A stretch of 64,000 nt of DNA from Octopus vulgaris (GCA_951406725.2 OX597814.1:5828001-5892000); one strand, 5' to 3'. Shown: positions 12,362 to 25,535, counted from the first letter of the stretch. The notes: generated from the letters alone by a model not told the origin. Program-made: numbers and translations.

Positions 12362-12611
12362 AAAGAAGTTAAAGATAAAAGATGCCAGTTGGATCGTTTA
12401 GGTTTGGCTGCTTTAGTAACTGACTGAAGCATTCTCCCCATGATTGCAGTATTGCTGAGAGGACTTTCAGCAGAGCTGTGATATCTAATCCCTCAACAGG
12501 TTTTATGGAACAGATCCGTGGAGTCATCGAAGATCTTGATTGCATCCTACAACCCTATCCCTGAATCTGGATTTCACGAAAGGAAAAGTCTGTCACTGTT
12601 TTTATAGACTA

Positions 12612-12997
12612 CTAGCAGTATCGCCCGGCGTTGCTCGGATTTGTAAGGGAAATAACTATAAAGCATTTTTAGAGAGTTATAGCAAAAAAATGCATTAAAA
12701 ATGGAAAAAAAATTATGGTAAATTTTTTTAAAAATCGTTGACTCATCGTAGACATTTTTAGAGAGTTACTTCCTTTATATAATAGCGAAAAAATGCATTA
12801 AAATGGAAAAAAATGATGGTAAATTATTTTTAAAATCGTAGACTCATCGTAGACGTGCGCTAATAGCCAGAAGGGCTCGATATGAATCACGACTATAAGA
12901 TACTCGGTTTTGGTTAAACTGCACTGCAAAATGTGGGAGTAGTTAGGAATCTAAATCGTAGGAGACAGACACACAACCTGACTTTTATATATAAAGA
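12612..12997 (-). mobile_element. Non-autonomous Helitron family 1
   Basis: On the minus strand: A|TC 5' end, subterminal GC-rich hairpin, CTAG|T 3' end, no TSD. Confidence 0.82.
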
Positions 12998-13692
12998 TGT
13001 GATGAAGATTGTCTGGAATGGTTCTGTGGTGGCCAGTTGTTGGATGAATTCCAGTGTTCAGATACATTCAGAATGCTTGCTGACCACAGCTGCATAACCT
13101 CTGTTGCAGCTGTCCATGTCATGTCTTACAACCGTTTCAGTGTCCACAGAGCATTGAGCAGTAGTTGTGATGTCCATGTTGTGTCACCAGATGTGAATCA
13201 TCATGACACAGGTAACTCTTTGCTGGCTTCCAGTCCTCCACAACTTTTTCTCAACTACAACTTTAATTTTATGCTCCCTGGGGCCAGTCACTGTCCACCA
13301 GTACCTCAAGCTGTTCCTGATAAAAGGAGACAGAAAAATTCGTCAAATTTAGCCTGAACACCCGGCATACATAGTGAAAGGTTTTCAGAGGTGTTTTTGG
13401 TGGGTATGGAGAGGAATTAGGGAGCTTCTAACTGAAAGGATACAAAGATTTTTGTCTCTTTTGAAGGAGAGAAGAGACTTCCATGATGTCAAAGAATGGA
13501 AACCTGAATGAAAAGAAAGGTGGCCAAGTGTAGGTGAAGGTGTGTGGGATTGGGTGCATAGGTGTGTACCTGGAGGGTAGGTGACCATTTGTACAACCCT
13601 CACTTGAATGGTTTCCTCAAATCTCAGATCCCAGATGCTATGATTACAGCGATAATCACAAACAAGATGGTATTTAATTCAGTTTCTCTTAA

Positions 13693-14166
13693 CCCTTTTG
13701 TTACCAACCTGGCTGAAACCACCTCTGGCTCTGCAGTACAAATGTCTTGTTTTCAAAAGTTCTGAATTAAAATCTTCCACCAAACCTTTGTCACAATTTA
13801 TATTCCTAAGACTAGCTTAATGATAACAAAGTTATTTTACTAAATTCTTTGTTATATTTGAAATTAATTGAAAGAAACACAGAGCATCTCAACAGAAATA
13901 TGATAATAGAAGGGTTAAAATATATAATAGAGAAACAATTCTTAACCCTTTTGATACCAACCTGGCTGAAACCGCCTTTGGCTCTGAGTACAAATGTCTT
14001 GTTTTCAAAAGTTCTGAATTAAAATCTTCCACCAAACCTTTGTCACAATTTATATTCCTAACACTAGCTTAATGATAACAAAGTTATTTTACTAAATTCT
14101 TTGTTATATTTAAAATTAATTGTAAGAGACACAGAACATCTTCAAATAAATAGAGTAACGAAAGGG
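13693..14166 (+). mobile_element. Two adjacent piggyBac-type MITEs (13693-13914, 13946-14166)
   Basis: Each copy has TTAA flanks and CCCTTT/AGGG termini. Confidence 0.88.
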
Positions 14167-14612
14167 TTAAATTTGTACTTTCTTCTAGTTTGTGCTAAGT
14201 TGTTGAAATATTTCTCCAGCAATGGCTACCTTCAGAGCCAATGAGCACAAAAGGGAAGGAAATGTGAATTTAAATTTAAATATGTAAAACTAAACTTGAA
14301 CTGTGAGGCGTGTGAAATCCAGAAGAGAGTAAAACAGATTGGCTTTCTTTTTTAAGAGAAGAATGAGTAGCGCCATCTGTGAACTTTTTGAAGGGACCAT
14401 AAACCTGGAGGCATGGAGGGGAAGAGAAGGAGGAGGATTGCTACAAGAGGAAGCAGAACCACTGAAATCATTGAGTTAATTGGCTGACTTGAAACCTTGT
14501 CTCAATGTCTACAGCAGTGTTTTGATGAACTTTCAAGGTGTGAATTGACCTGTGGCTATCCATAGGGATGCTTTGTGGTTTGAACCCAGAATCTTGTTGT
14601 TCATCATCATTA

Positions 14613-15023
14613 TACTCTTTCTCTTTTACTCTTTTACTTGTTTCGGTCATTTGACTGCGGCCATGCTGGAGCACCGCCTTTTAGTCGAGCAAATCGACCC
14701 CGGGACTTATTCTTTTGTAAGCCCAGTACTTATTCTATCGGTCTCTTTTGCCGAACCACTAAGTGACGGGGACGTAAACACACCAGCATCGGTTGTCAAG
14801 CAATGCTAGGAGGACAAACACAGACACACAAACACACACACACATACATATATACATATATACGACAGGCTTCTTTCAGTTTCCGTCTACCAAATCCACT
14901 CACAAGGCATTGGTCGGCCCGGGGCTATAGCAGAAGACACTTGCCCAAGGTGCCACGCAGTGGGACTGAACCCGGAACCATGTGGTTGGTAAACAAGCTA
15001 CTTACCACACAGCCACTCCTGCG
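14613..15023 (-). mobile_element. SINE family A
   Basis: Reverse-complement full-length copy of 390-786. Confidence 0.9.
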
Positions 15024-16542
15024 TTATTTTTATGTCCACTTTTCTATGCTTGCATGGGTCAGATGGATTTGGCTGAGGCAGATTTTCAGTATTCAGACAG
15101 GGGGGGGGTGTCCTGTCACCAATCCTCACTTGTCTCCAAGCAACAACAGAGTTTTCCATTGCCAGACAAGCTTTTCATGGAAGACAAGAAACAAACAACC
15201 TCACTTATATGACGGTGACACTCATTTACAACCATCACACCATGTCAAGACAAAGCCACATACACACGCGTGCTCATATGCGGGTGCACACACATACATG
15301 TCCATATGTGGGCACACACACACACACACACACACAAGCACATCCATACACACACACATACACATGTTTGTACACACTCATGCTCACATGCACACACACA
15401 CACACACACACGCACTGGACTTCTTTCAATTTTTCTCTTTGAAATCAATTCCCAAAGCTTTGGTTGGTCCAGTGCCAGAGTAGAAGACCCTTGTCTAAGG
15501 TGCCACACAGCAGGACTGAACTCAGAACCACATGGCTGAAAAGTGGGTCTCTTAACCCACACAGCCATGCTTGGATGGGGACAAATTTCTACGTCACAAA
15601 ATTCTACCAGAATCTCAATAAAATTCTTCTGCAATGTCTGTTGCTCTGTAGTATTGAAATGAAGAATGGTAAATGCTCTTATTAAAGCAGTTAGTTACTC
15701 TCTCTGGTTGCTAGGCAACTAACCAAATGTAAGTATCATTATTTTTCTCCCAAGACACTCCAACTTATTTTGGGATTCTTGCAAATCTCCTCAAACTGTC
15801 GTTAGTTTCTGATGCTCTAAATGTCTGCTACTTTTGGATTAAAAATCTTAAGATCATAAAATCTACCAAACTTCAGGCAATTCCATTTACAGAAACCGAA
15901 TTTAACATATTGTAAAGCAGAAGCCTGACTCGTGGCCGATGTCAGTGCCGCCTCGACTGGCTTCCGTGCCGGTGGCACGTAAAATACACCAATCCGACCG
16001 TGGCCGTTGCCAGCCTCGCCTGGCACCTGTGCAGGTGGCACGTAAAAAGCACCCACTACACTCGCGGAGTGGTTGGCGTTAGGAAGGGCATCCAGCTGTA
16101 GAAACTCTGCCAGATAAGACCGGAGCCTGGTGCAGCCTTCTGGCTTCCCAGATCCCCGGTCGAACCGTCCAACCCATGCTAGCATGGAGAACGGACATTA
16201 AACGATGCTGATGGTGATGATGGTGATGATGATGAAGATGAAGGAAGCTAAGTTGTTTCTTCTTTGTCCAAAACTCTTGAAATAATGGCAGTTGCAGAGA
16301 AAATATCTAAAACCTAATTTGCTTTTGATTTGATGGAATTTCCATAAATCTTTCTCATTAGATTTGATTGAATTCTTTGATTATTAATGGTAGTGAAGAA
16401 AAGTCACAACCTGATGGAAAGATGCTGAGCTGACAATCCAATTATATTTTGGTTGCTATGGATACTTGGTCTTCGTTTTTCTCAAATCCACAAATCCAAA
16501 CAGTGTGTAATGTTGCAGTTACAGTACATATGATGGTGATGA

Positions 16543-16950
16543 TAATAATAATAATAATAATAAACATTGTGTACAGTGCTCAGGTGCACTACAACTCATC
16601 TAAAGTGTATGTATAATCAGGTGTAGTTTCGACGGATTTCGGAAAGCATGAGGGCCTTAAAGGATGCAGTGTCATGGCAGTCAACAACTGACGCAGGCAG
16701 TTTATTCCATGCTTCAGCAACTCTGAGCGTGAAGAAATGTTTCCGAAAGTCATGGGAGCTGTGTTGTTTTCTGACTTTGTAGGCATGTCCACGTGTGTTA
16801 GACACATGGAGATCAAAAAGGTGTTCAGTGTTGTTGTTGGTGAGGTGGTTGATAACTTTGTGGGTGTTTACCAAGTCCGTCGCCAGACGCCGGAGCTTCA
16901 GTGAATCCATGCCCAGGGAAACAAGGCGCTCAGAATATGGTAGGTGTCTG
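16543..16950 (-). mobile_element. CR1-clade LINE 3' end
   Basis: SLKLRRLATDL...TRGHAYK...FFTLRVAEAWNKLP, a typical CR1 ORF2 C-terminus, with an (ATT)n tail. Confidence 0.88.
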
Positions 16951-17179
16951 ATGGAGATGAGTATAAGGAGGAGGGCAATGGTGGTGATGGTGTTGATGGT
17001 GATGATGATGATGATGATGATGATGATAATGCAGACAACGATGAAGATGATAATTACAACAATGATAACGGTGATGGTGGTAGCGGTAATGATTTTTAAA
17101 ACATTTTCTTTGTAGCAAATTTAATTGGGCTTATCTCCCTCTCTAATCAAAATTTGTTAATTATAAATTGGTATTCTGA

Positions 17180-18645
17180 GGTCTAGAATCGAAGGGCCTT
17201 AGAGTCAATCTAGCAAAAGCCAAAGTCTTAATAAGTAGGAAGGCAGACAAACCACAAATCCCTTCAGGTAGATGGCCCTGCTCAATCTGTAGTAGAGGCG
17301 TAGGTAGAAACTCCGTAAGATGTACCCAGTGTAAGCTATGGATACATAAGAGGTGCAGCAATATCAAAGGAAGGCTAACTAGGAAGATGGTTTTTGTATG
17401 TGGCAGATGCTCAGGAGTAATAAACACCGAAAATGTGCAGAAAACAGCTTCTGTCACATACCAGGGGGAAAAACTAGAAGTAGTTTTCAGCTTCTGTGGT
17501 GTGCAAGAGAGACGACTGTGCAGGTATGGTCATGTGATGTGTGTGGATGAAGACAGCTGGGTGAAAAAGTGACCAAGTCAGTAGCCGGGGTGGATGCTCT
17601 GAGAGTGTAGCTGCTAGAGTAAGGAAAGCCTGGGCAAAGTTCAGGGAACTCCTACATCTGCTGGTAACAAAGGGCATCTCACTCAGTGTAAAAAGCAGAC
17701 TGTATGATGCATGTGTGTGAACAGCTATGCTACATGGCAGTGAAACATGGGCTGTGACTGCTGAGGACATGCGTAAGCTTGCAAGGAATGAAGCCAGTAT
17801 GCTCCACTGGATGTGTAATGTCAGTGTGCATGCATGACAGAGTGTGAGCACCCCGAAAGAAAAGTTGGACTTAGGAAGCATCAGATGCGGTGTGCAAGAG
17901 ACGACTGTGCTGGTATGGTCATGTGATGTGTGTGGATGAGGACAGCTGTGTAAAAAAGTGTCATGCTCTAGCAGTTGAGGGAACTTGTAGAAGAGATAGA
18001 CCCAAGAAGACCTGGGATGACGTGGTGAAGCATGACCTTCGAACATTGGGCCTCACTAAGGTGATAACAAGTGACTGAGGCCTTTGGAAATATGCCATGC
18101 TTGAGAAGACCTGGCAAGCCAAGTGAGACTGTAACCGTGGCCTATGCCAGTGCAGCATAACCGGCCCATTTAAGAGTACCCTTCAGTCATTGGGCAATAA
18201 ACTGCACTTGTGAAGACCTGTTGAGTCAAGTGAAGTCATTGTCGTGGACGATGCCAGTACTGCCTGACTGGCATCTGTGCTGGTGGCATGTAAAAAGTAC
18301 CATTTGAGTGTGGTTGATGCCAGTGCCGGCTGACTGGTCATGTGCTGGTGGCATGTAAAAAACACCATTCAAGCGTGGTCATTGCCAGTGCTACCTGACT
18401 AGTTCCTGTGCCAGTGTTTCATAAAAGCACCATTCAAGCATGGTCAATGCCAGTACCGCCTGACTGGCTCCCATGCTGGTGGCACGTAAAAAGCACCCAC
18501 TACACTCTCGGAGTGGCTGACATTAGGAAGGGCATCCAGCTGAAGAAACTTTGCCAGATCAGATTGGAGCCTGGTGCAGCCTTCTGGTTGGCCAGCCCTC
18601 AGTCAAACCGTCCAACCCATGCTAGCATGGAAAGTGGATGTAAGA
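17180..18645 (+). mobile_element. 5'-truncated RTE-clade LINE (RT C-terminus plus 3' UTR)
   Basis: Decayed frames GLESKGLRVNLAK..., a C4HC3 finger, LHGSETWAV and RRLCWYGHV run directly into the repeated-hairpin 3' UTR found in many other copies. Confidence 0.88.
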
Positions 18646-18981
18646 AAGTAAAACTTAATATACACCAGTGAATAGTGAGTGACAAAGAGACAACAGACTG
18701 GAGAAGGAAGGTGTAGAAACTGGGAGATCCTTCAGCTAATGATGGGTTCAGAAAGGCAGCAGGTGATGTGCATAATCTTTTCTATGCTAGGCACAAGGCC
18801 CCCTAGTCCTAAATTGGTATTTATTTTATCGACCCTGAAAGGATGAAAGGCAAGGTTGACCTTGGTGAGATTTGAACTCAGAATGTAAAACTGGGAGAAA
18901 TGCTGCTTAGGAATTTTGTCTGGTGTGGTTATGACTTTGCCATTTTGCTACCTGGTGGTGATATGTATAATAAGGAGGACA

Positions 18982-19215
18982 AGGCGGCGAGCTGGCAGAA
19001 TCGTTAGCACGCCGGACGAAATGCTAAGCGGTATTTTGCCCGCCGTTACATTCTGAGTTCAAATTCCGCCGAGGTCGACTTTACCTTTCATCCTTTCGGG
19101 GTCGATAAATTAAGTACCAGTTATGCACTGGGGTCGATGTAATCGACTTAATCCCTTTGTCTGTCCTTGTTTGTCCTCTCTATGTATAGCCCCTTGTGGG
19201 TAATAAAGGAACAGA
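18982..19215 (+). mobile_element. SINE family C (Meta/MESC-like central domain)
   Basis: GGCGGCGAGCTGGCAGAATCG head with B-box GAGTTCAAATTC and central GGTCGACTTTACCTTTCATCCTTTCGGGGTCGATAAATTAAGTACC. An older inverted copy lies at ~18780-18955. Confidence 0.82.
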
Positions 19216-19450
19216 TATGTATAATGAGGGGGAGGAGATAGAGTGCTGTAATGTAGGGGACAGGTCAGATTTCTAAAAGGCAACCCACTGAAAGCTGGAG
19301 ACCAGATCTATGACTGGAGCAAAGATGCCATGAGATGTAAACTCATATTGGGATGGAATAAGTTCTGTTGATGGAACCCTAAAAGACTGGAAGAAAGGGA
19401 GAAGCAAAGAATTCTGTGAAACGGTTGGAAAAGAAGCTGGATGTCAAGTT

Positions 19451-19674
19451 TACTCTCTTTTTCTTTTTCTCTTTTACTTGTTTCAGTCATTTGACTGCGG
19501 CCATGCCGGAGCACTGCCTTTAGTCGAGCAACTCGACCCCGGGACTTATTCTTTGTAAGCCCAGTACTTATTCTATCGGTCTCTTTTGTCGAACTGCTAG
19601 TGACGGGGACGTAAACACACCAGCATCGGTTGTCAAGCAATGCTAGGGGGACAAACACAGACACACAAACACAT

Positions 19675-19723
<49 letters not shown>

Positions 19724-19890
19724 TACGACGGGATTCTTTCAGTTTCCGTCTACCAAATCCACTCACAAGGCATTGGTCGGCCCGGGGCTATAACAGAAGA
19801 CACTTGCCCAAGATGCCATGCAGTGGGACTGAACCCGGAACCATGTGGCTGGTAAACAAGCTACTTACCACCCACACAGCCACTCCTGCG
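19451..19890 (-). mobile_element. SINE family A
   Basis: Full-length reverse copy. Confidence 0.9.
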
Positions 19891-21028
19891 TAGCATGGAG
19901 AGAAAAAGAAAGCCAGAGGTTTGTCTTTGATCTGTGACAAAAGAGTGAAAGTTGTGAGATGTTGTTTAATCTTCTCTGTGGCCAACCATCATACTCTTAG
20001 GGCCCTGACCCCATTGTCACCCATCACCTACACTTACCTTTCCTCACCTCTCCCCTTCCCTCCTGACTTCACCCCAAACAATCCTTCTGCTTACACCCTA
20101 ATCATCCAGCTCATCACACTTTCTCCTAATCCCCTCCTTGGTCACCTTGCTTATTGAGTATTCTCAATACTCACCTGCTCCCCCACATGGTCTCACTGCT
20201 GGCACCCCCACATCCACCCCCCCTCCTTATTTCTCCTTTCGAGTCTCCTTGTCTTTGCTAAGGGGACAAGGGGAACTGGAAGAAGAGGAGGAGGAGTGGG
20301 AGGAAGAGGGTGAAGAAGAGGAAGACTATCACGTGACAGCTGTAAATGAGTGTCACTGTCATACAAGCAGTGTCGTTTCCAATCCTCTCCCCTCCCCCCG
20401 TCTCTTCCAATCTTCTGTGGAAACGTCTAACCAGGGGGAGGGGGGAAATATTAAGTTGTTTGGGGTCTTCTTTTAAGGGGCTGTTTGTTTATTGCAGCCC
20501 CTCAGTATCAGGAATCTAACCCTTCCAGAAGATGGGCAGAGTGTTGTAGAGACAGCTCATGGGAGAATGGTTGAGCTGTCTTCTCTGCCTCCGATAGACG
20601 GTCCAAAACCGACAGACGTGTAGGATGGTCATCAAAACAACTGTGAGCGAGGCGTTCAACTTGGTGGTCAGTTTTATTCCCCTACTCTTCCACGCATCCT
20701 CCTCTTGCCCAAAGGGATTCTGCTGCTGACCTCTTCATCAAGGTCTGCATTGACGCCTGACAAAGCTGAAGTTCCTGCTGCAGATTCCTGGAGGTTGTTT
20801 TGTGTTCTTTATGTCTTTTTGTCTTCTTTATGTGAAGTCCAAAGGCCCCCCCCCCACTTCCCCCTCTTTGCCAAAATTGAAAGAACAGGCATCACCAGAA
20901 AGAAAGGGTTTGAGAATGGCACCATGCATTCTGGAAGTGTGGGTGAGATGTCCGGCCCATGGTTCACCTCTACATGTGTCAGCCAGACAACAGCATTTTC
21001 CTTGGTTGAAGTTATACAGACCGAAATG

Positions 21029-21412
21029 TGGAGGCGCAATGGGCCAGTGGTTAGGGCAGCGGACTCGCGGTCGTAGGATCGCGGTTTCGATTCCCAGACC
21101 GGGCGTTGTGAGTGTTTATTGAGCGAAAACACCTAAAGCTCCACAAGGCTCCGGCAGGGGATGGTGGTGATCCCTGCTGTACTCTTTCACCACAACTCTC
21201 TCTCACTCTTACTTCCTGTTTCTGTTGTACCTGTATTTCAAAGGGGCCGGCCTTGTCACTCTCTGTGTCACGCTGAATATCCCCGAGAACTACGTTAAGG
21301 GTGCACGTGTCTGTGGAGTGCTCAGCCACTTGCACGTTAATTTCACGAGCAGGCTGTTCCGTTGATTCGGATCAACCGGAACCCTCATCGTCGTAACCAA
21401 CGGAGTGCTTCC
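21029..21412 (+). mobile_element. tRNA-derived SINE family B
   Basis: tRNA-like head GGAGGCGCAATGGGCCAGTGGTTAGGGCAGCGGACTCGCG...GGTTTCGATTCC. Reverse copies at 5131-5500 and 28657-29037. Confidence 0.88.
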
Positions 21413-21601
21413 TTTTTCCTTCAGACCGAAATGTAATATCCAGTAGCATTGGTGTATATGTGTAGCTCGGAGTGCAGGGAGATATATAAATTTCTCTGAT
21501 CATCCTACTGTTCCCTTGATATACCCCCAGTTATTTCAGCCATGTTTTGTCACTGGGGTCAGGAAATGAAGATGTGAGACTGAGATGTTACCCAGAGGAA
21601 C

Positions 21602-21892
21602 CTCTTTTACTTGTTTCAGTCATTTGACTGCGGCCATGCTGGAGCACCACCTCTAGTCGAGCAGATCGACCCCAGGACTTATTATTTGTAAGCCTAGTAC
21701 TTATTCTATCAGTCTCTTTATATACATATATACGACGGGCTTCTTTCAGTTTCCGTCTACCAAACCCACTCACAGGCATTGGTCGGCCCGAGGCTATAGT
21801 AGAAGGCACTTGCCCAAGGTGCCACGCAGTGGGACTGAACCCGGAACCATGTAGTTGGTAAACAAGCTACTTACCACACAGCCACTCCTGCG
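21602..21892 (-). mobile_element. SINE family A, internally deleted
   Basis: Head and tail present, central part missing. Confidence 0.85.
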
Positions 21893-22257
21893 CTTTGTTA
21901 TACAGTGGTGATGGGGCAACGATGATGCGGCCACAAAAGATGAACTCAAGATGTGACGACAAATCTGTTTTGCAGTTGACTTGACTCATTCATTGATTGG
22001 AAGAGCAATTAATTGTTTTATTTCGTTAACGTTTCTAATTATTTCAACTTCCATATTAATGGCCAAGCTGAGAAAACAATAATTTTAAAATTTAAATTGA
22101 AATTGGTAACCATTGTTTTTAGATAAAACCTGATTCCTAAAATGCCCACAGAATCCATTTAGGCATCTCTTGTAACAAGTCGGACTTTCAAAATTCTTTC
22201 TTTTTTTTTTGAGGCAGTTTTTGGTTTGTTTGTTTGTTTCTTTCTTTCTTTCTCCAA

Positions 22258-23000
22258 CTCTCTTTGTCTCTTTCCTTCTCCTCTTCCCTCTCTTTCTCTC
22301 TTTCCTTCTCCTCCTCCCTCTCTTTGTCTCTTTCCTTCTCCTCCTCCCTCCCTTTGTCTCTTTCCTTCTCCCCTCCCTCTCTTTGTCTCTTTCCTTCTCC
22401 CCCCCCTCTCTTTGTCTCTTTCCTTCTCCTCCTCCCTCTCTTTGTCTCTTTCCTTCTCCCCTCCCTCTCTTTGTCTCTTTCCTTCTCCCCCTCCCTCACT
22501 TTGTCTCTTTCCTTCTCCCCCTCCCTCACTTTGTCTCTTTACTTCTCCCCCTCCCTCTCCCTCTCTTTCCTTCTGCCTCTCCCTCTCTTTGTCTCTTTCC
22601 TTCTCCCCCTCTCTTTGTCTCTTTCCTTCTTCCTCTCCCTCACTTTGTCTCTTTCCTTCTCCCTCTCCCTCACTTTGTCTCTTTCCTTCTCCCTCTCCCT
22701 CACTTTGTCTCTTTCCTTCTCCCTCTCCCTCACTTTGTCTCTTTCCTTCTCCCTCTCCCTCACTTTGTCTCTTTTCTTCTCCCTCTCCCTCACTTTGTCT
22801 TTCCTTTTCCCCCTCTCTTTGTCTCCTTACTTCTCCCCCTACCTCACTTTGTCTCTTTCCTTCTTCTCCTCCCACTCTTTGACTCTTTCCTTCTCCCCGT
22901 CCCTCTCTTTGTCTCTTTCTTTCTCATCCACTCTTTGTCTCTTTCCTTCTCCTCCTCCCTCTCTTTGTCTCTTTCCTTCTCCCCCTCCCTCTCTTTGCCT
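22258..23000. repeat. ~30-bp polypyrimidine minisatellite
   Basis: Unit similar to CTCTTTGTCTCTTTCCTTCTCCCTCTCCCT. Confidence 0.95.
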
Positions 23001-23159
23001 ATCTCTCTCTCTCTCTCTCTCTGTCACTCACTGTTGCTTTCTATCTCCTTGCATTTTGTCTCTCTCTCCTTCCCTCTCTCTGTATGTGTGTATTGGTGAG
23101 CATAAACCCTCCCCCCGTCTCTGCCCCCCTCTGTATCTCTATCCATTCCTGTACATATG

Positions 23160-23263
23160 CATACACAAACACACACATACACACACTCACACACACTCAC
23201 AAACACACACACTCTCACACACTCACACACACTCTCACACACTCTCACACACACACACATACA

Positions 23264-23317
<54 letters not shown>

Positions 23318-23515
23318 CACACACACTCTCACACACTCTCACACACTCACACACTCACACACACTCACACACATACACTCATACACACACACTCACACAC
23401 ACTCTCACACACACTCTCACACACACATACACTCACACACACATTCACACACATACACTCACACACACTCACACACTCTCACACACACACACTCACACTC
23501 ACACACACACACACT

Positions 23516-23558
<43 letters not shown>

Positions 23559-23790
23559 ACACTCTCACACACTCTCACACACACACACACACTCTCACAC
23601 TCTCACACATACTCTCACACACTCTCACACACTCTCACACACTCACACACTCACACACACTCACACACATACACTCATACACACACACTCTCACACACTC
23701 TCACACACTCACACACACACACATACACTCACACACACATTCACACACTCACACACACACACACATACACTCACACACACTCACACACAC
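23160..23790. repeat. Compound (CA)n/(CACT) microsatellite
   Basis: Direct reading. A similar tract lies at 25428-25663. Confidence 0.95.
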
Positions 23791-23854
23791 ACGTGTGTGT
23801 GTTTGTATGTATAATTATATGTATGTGTATAGCACACATACGTTAAATGATGAT

Positions 23855-24345
23855 GTCTCTCCCTTTCTCTCTCTCTCTTTTCCCCTCCTCCCTTCAGTAT
23901 ATGTCTCCCTTTCTCTCTCTCTCTCTCTTTCCCCCTCCTCCCTTCTGTATATGTCTCCCTTTCTCTCTTTCCCCTCCTCCCTTCAGTATATGTCTCCCTT
24001 TCTCTCTCTCTCTCTCTTTTCCCCTCCTCCCTTCTGTATATGTCTCCCTTTCTCTCTTTCCCCTCCTCCCTTCAGTATATGTCTCCCTTTCTCTCTCTCT
24101 CTCTCTTTCCCCTCCTCCCTTCTGTATATGTCTCCCTTTCTCTCTTTCCCCTCCTCCCTTCAGTATATGTCTCCCTTTCTCTCTCTCTCTCTCTTCTTCC
24201 CCCTCCTCCCTTCTGTATATGTCTCTCTTTCTCTCTCTCTCTTTTCCCCTCCTCCCTTCAGTATATGTCTCCCCTTCTCTCTCTCTCTTTCCCCCTCCTC
24301 CCTTCTGTATATGTCTCCCTTTCTCTCTCTCTCTCCCTCTCTTTG
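23855..24345. repeat. ~40-50-bp pyrimidine-rich minisatellite
   Basis: Unit CCCCTCCTCCCTTCWGTATATGTCTCCCTTT(CT)n. Confidence 0.92.
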
Positions 24346-24399
24346 TCTATCTCTTTCTATTCCCCTTCCTTTAATACGTTGCTTGGCAACTAATTAAAT

Positions 24400-24942
24400 G
24401 GCCAGTTGCTGCTACTAACGTCGGCTGCTACTAAATCTCTCTGAAACTATCGTATTTTACCATTTACAAGAATCCTTCTGTTCCTCTCCCCTCCCCCCCG
24501 TCTCTCTTTCGTCCATTTTATCAATCATTAGTCTCACATATCAATCAATCAACAATCACACTCTCATATCCTGTTTCTTTCTTTCTTTCTTTCTGCCGTT
24601 TCCTCATTCTAAATTCCCATACCTTACTAAATTGTTTTCTTTAAACCACAATTATTAGTGTCACACCTGAATACAACAGGTTTTAAAAGAGAACACTCGC
24701 CATACAGAAAACGTGGCACATCTCTCTCGTAAATAAACATTTCAGCTGGCATCGCAAGCGAAGAACACAAGAGATTGCTGCTGCTGTGCTGTCCCTTTTG
24801 CCCGATTCTTCTTCGATTGTTCCCTAAATTTCACGGGGATCCACCGACGAACCAACGTCTTTTTTTTTGTTTAACCAATTTAATAATCAACCCAGAAACT
24901 GCGTGTTGGTTTGTTGACGTCCGTGTTTCGCCCGATCGGAAG
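24400..24942 (+). promoter_or_regulatory. Putative promoter/5' UTR of the TXNDC16-like gene
   Basis: Unique, repeat-free, CpG-enriched stretch upstream of the ATG. Contains ACGTGGC (~24710) and TGACGT (~24915) bZIP-type cores. TSS not determined. Confidence 0.45.
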
Positions 24943-25093
24943 ATGTTTTTGGCATTGATCACAATTCTGGCGTTTGCTGGACGCATAAATGGTGAAGAGG
25001 AGTTCTCATTCCGTCGTGTCACTTTGGTCTCGGATGCCGAAAAATTCAAAGCAGCCGACGGATTTAAAATGATTTACCACATCGTTAATTCAG
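24943..25093 (+). CDS. TXNDC16: TXNDC16/ERp90-like protein, coding exon 1 (signal peptide)
   Basis: ATG at 24943 in a CpG-richer unique region. Translates MFLALITILAFAGRING-EEEFSFRRVTLVSDAEKFKAADGFKMIYHIVNS, a hydrophobic signal peptide. Donor CAG|GTATTT is phase 1 and matches exon 2. Confidence 0.75.
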
Positions 25094-25488
25094 GTATTTC
25101 ACCTTTAATTAATTATTTAAAAACACGCGCGCACGCGCGAGCACACGAACATACGCGCGCCCGCGCGCATTTAACAATGTCGCGACTCCAACTTTGTCCG
25201 TTTATGGTCAGAACAATCCGTTGCCCTGTTATAATTACTGTTGTTGCCATTTCACATCGTTTGCCCTTCGCCTCTCCTTCCTACACTCTGTGTGTCAGGG
25301 TGTTTGTTTCCACGGATTAATTCTTTGAAGAACACAAATTTTCGTCTGGGAAACGTCGATAGTGACTTTGAAGTTTTGATTTACCAGCCGTCGGCTAATT
25401 AAAGAAAACTTTCGCAAATTTTTCCCTACACACACACACACACACACTCACTCACACACACACACACACTCTCACACACACACACACA

Positions 25489-25535
<47 letters not shown>

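Noticed and set aside
14803-15483. Recurrent ORFs such as MSSNARGTNTDTQ and MLGGQTQTH
   Set aside because: Antisense translations of SINE A, repeated at every copy.
18240-18500. Spaced palindromic repeats resembling CRISPR
   Set aside because: The units are tandem with homologous linkers and belong to the RTE 3' UTR.
22159-24397. Long ORFs of up to 526 aa
   Set aside because: Translations of stop-free pyrimidine and (CA)n satellites in several frames, with no protein-like content.
24775-24942. N-terminal extension from the ORF track start at 24775
   Set aside because: The start is TTG. The ATG at 24943 directly begins a signal peptide.
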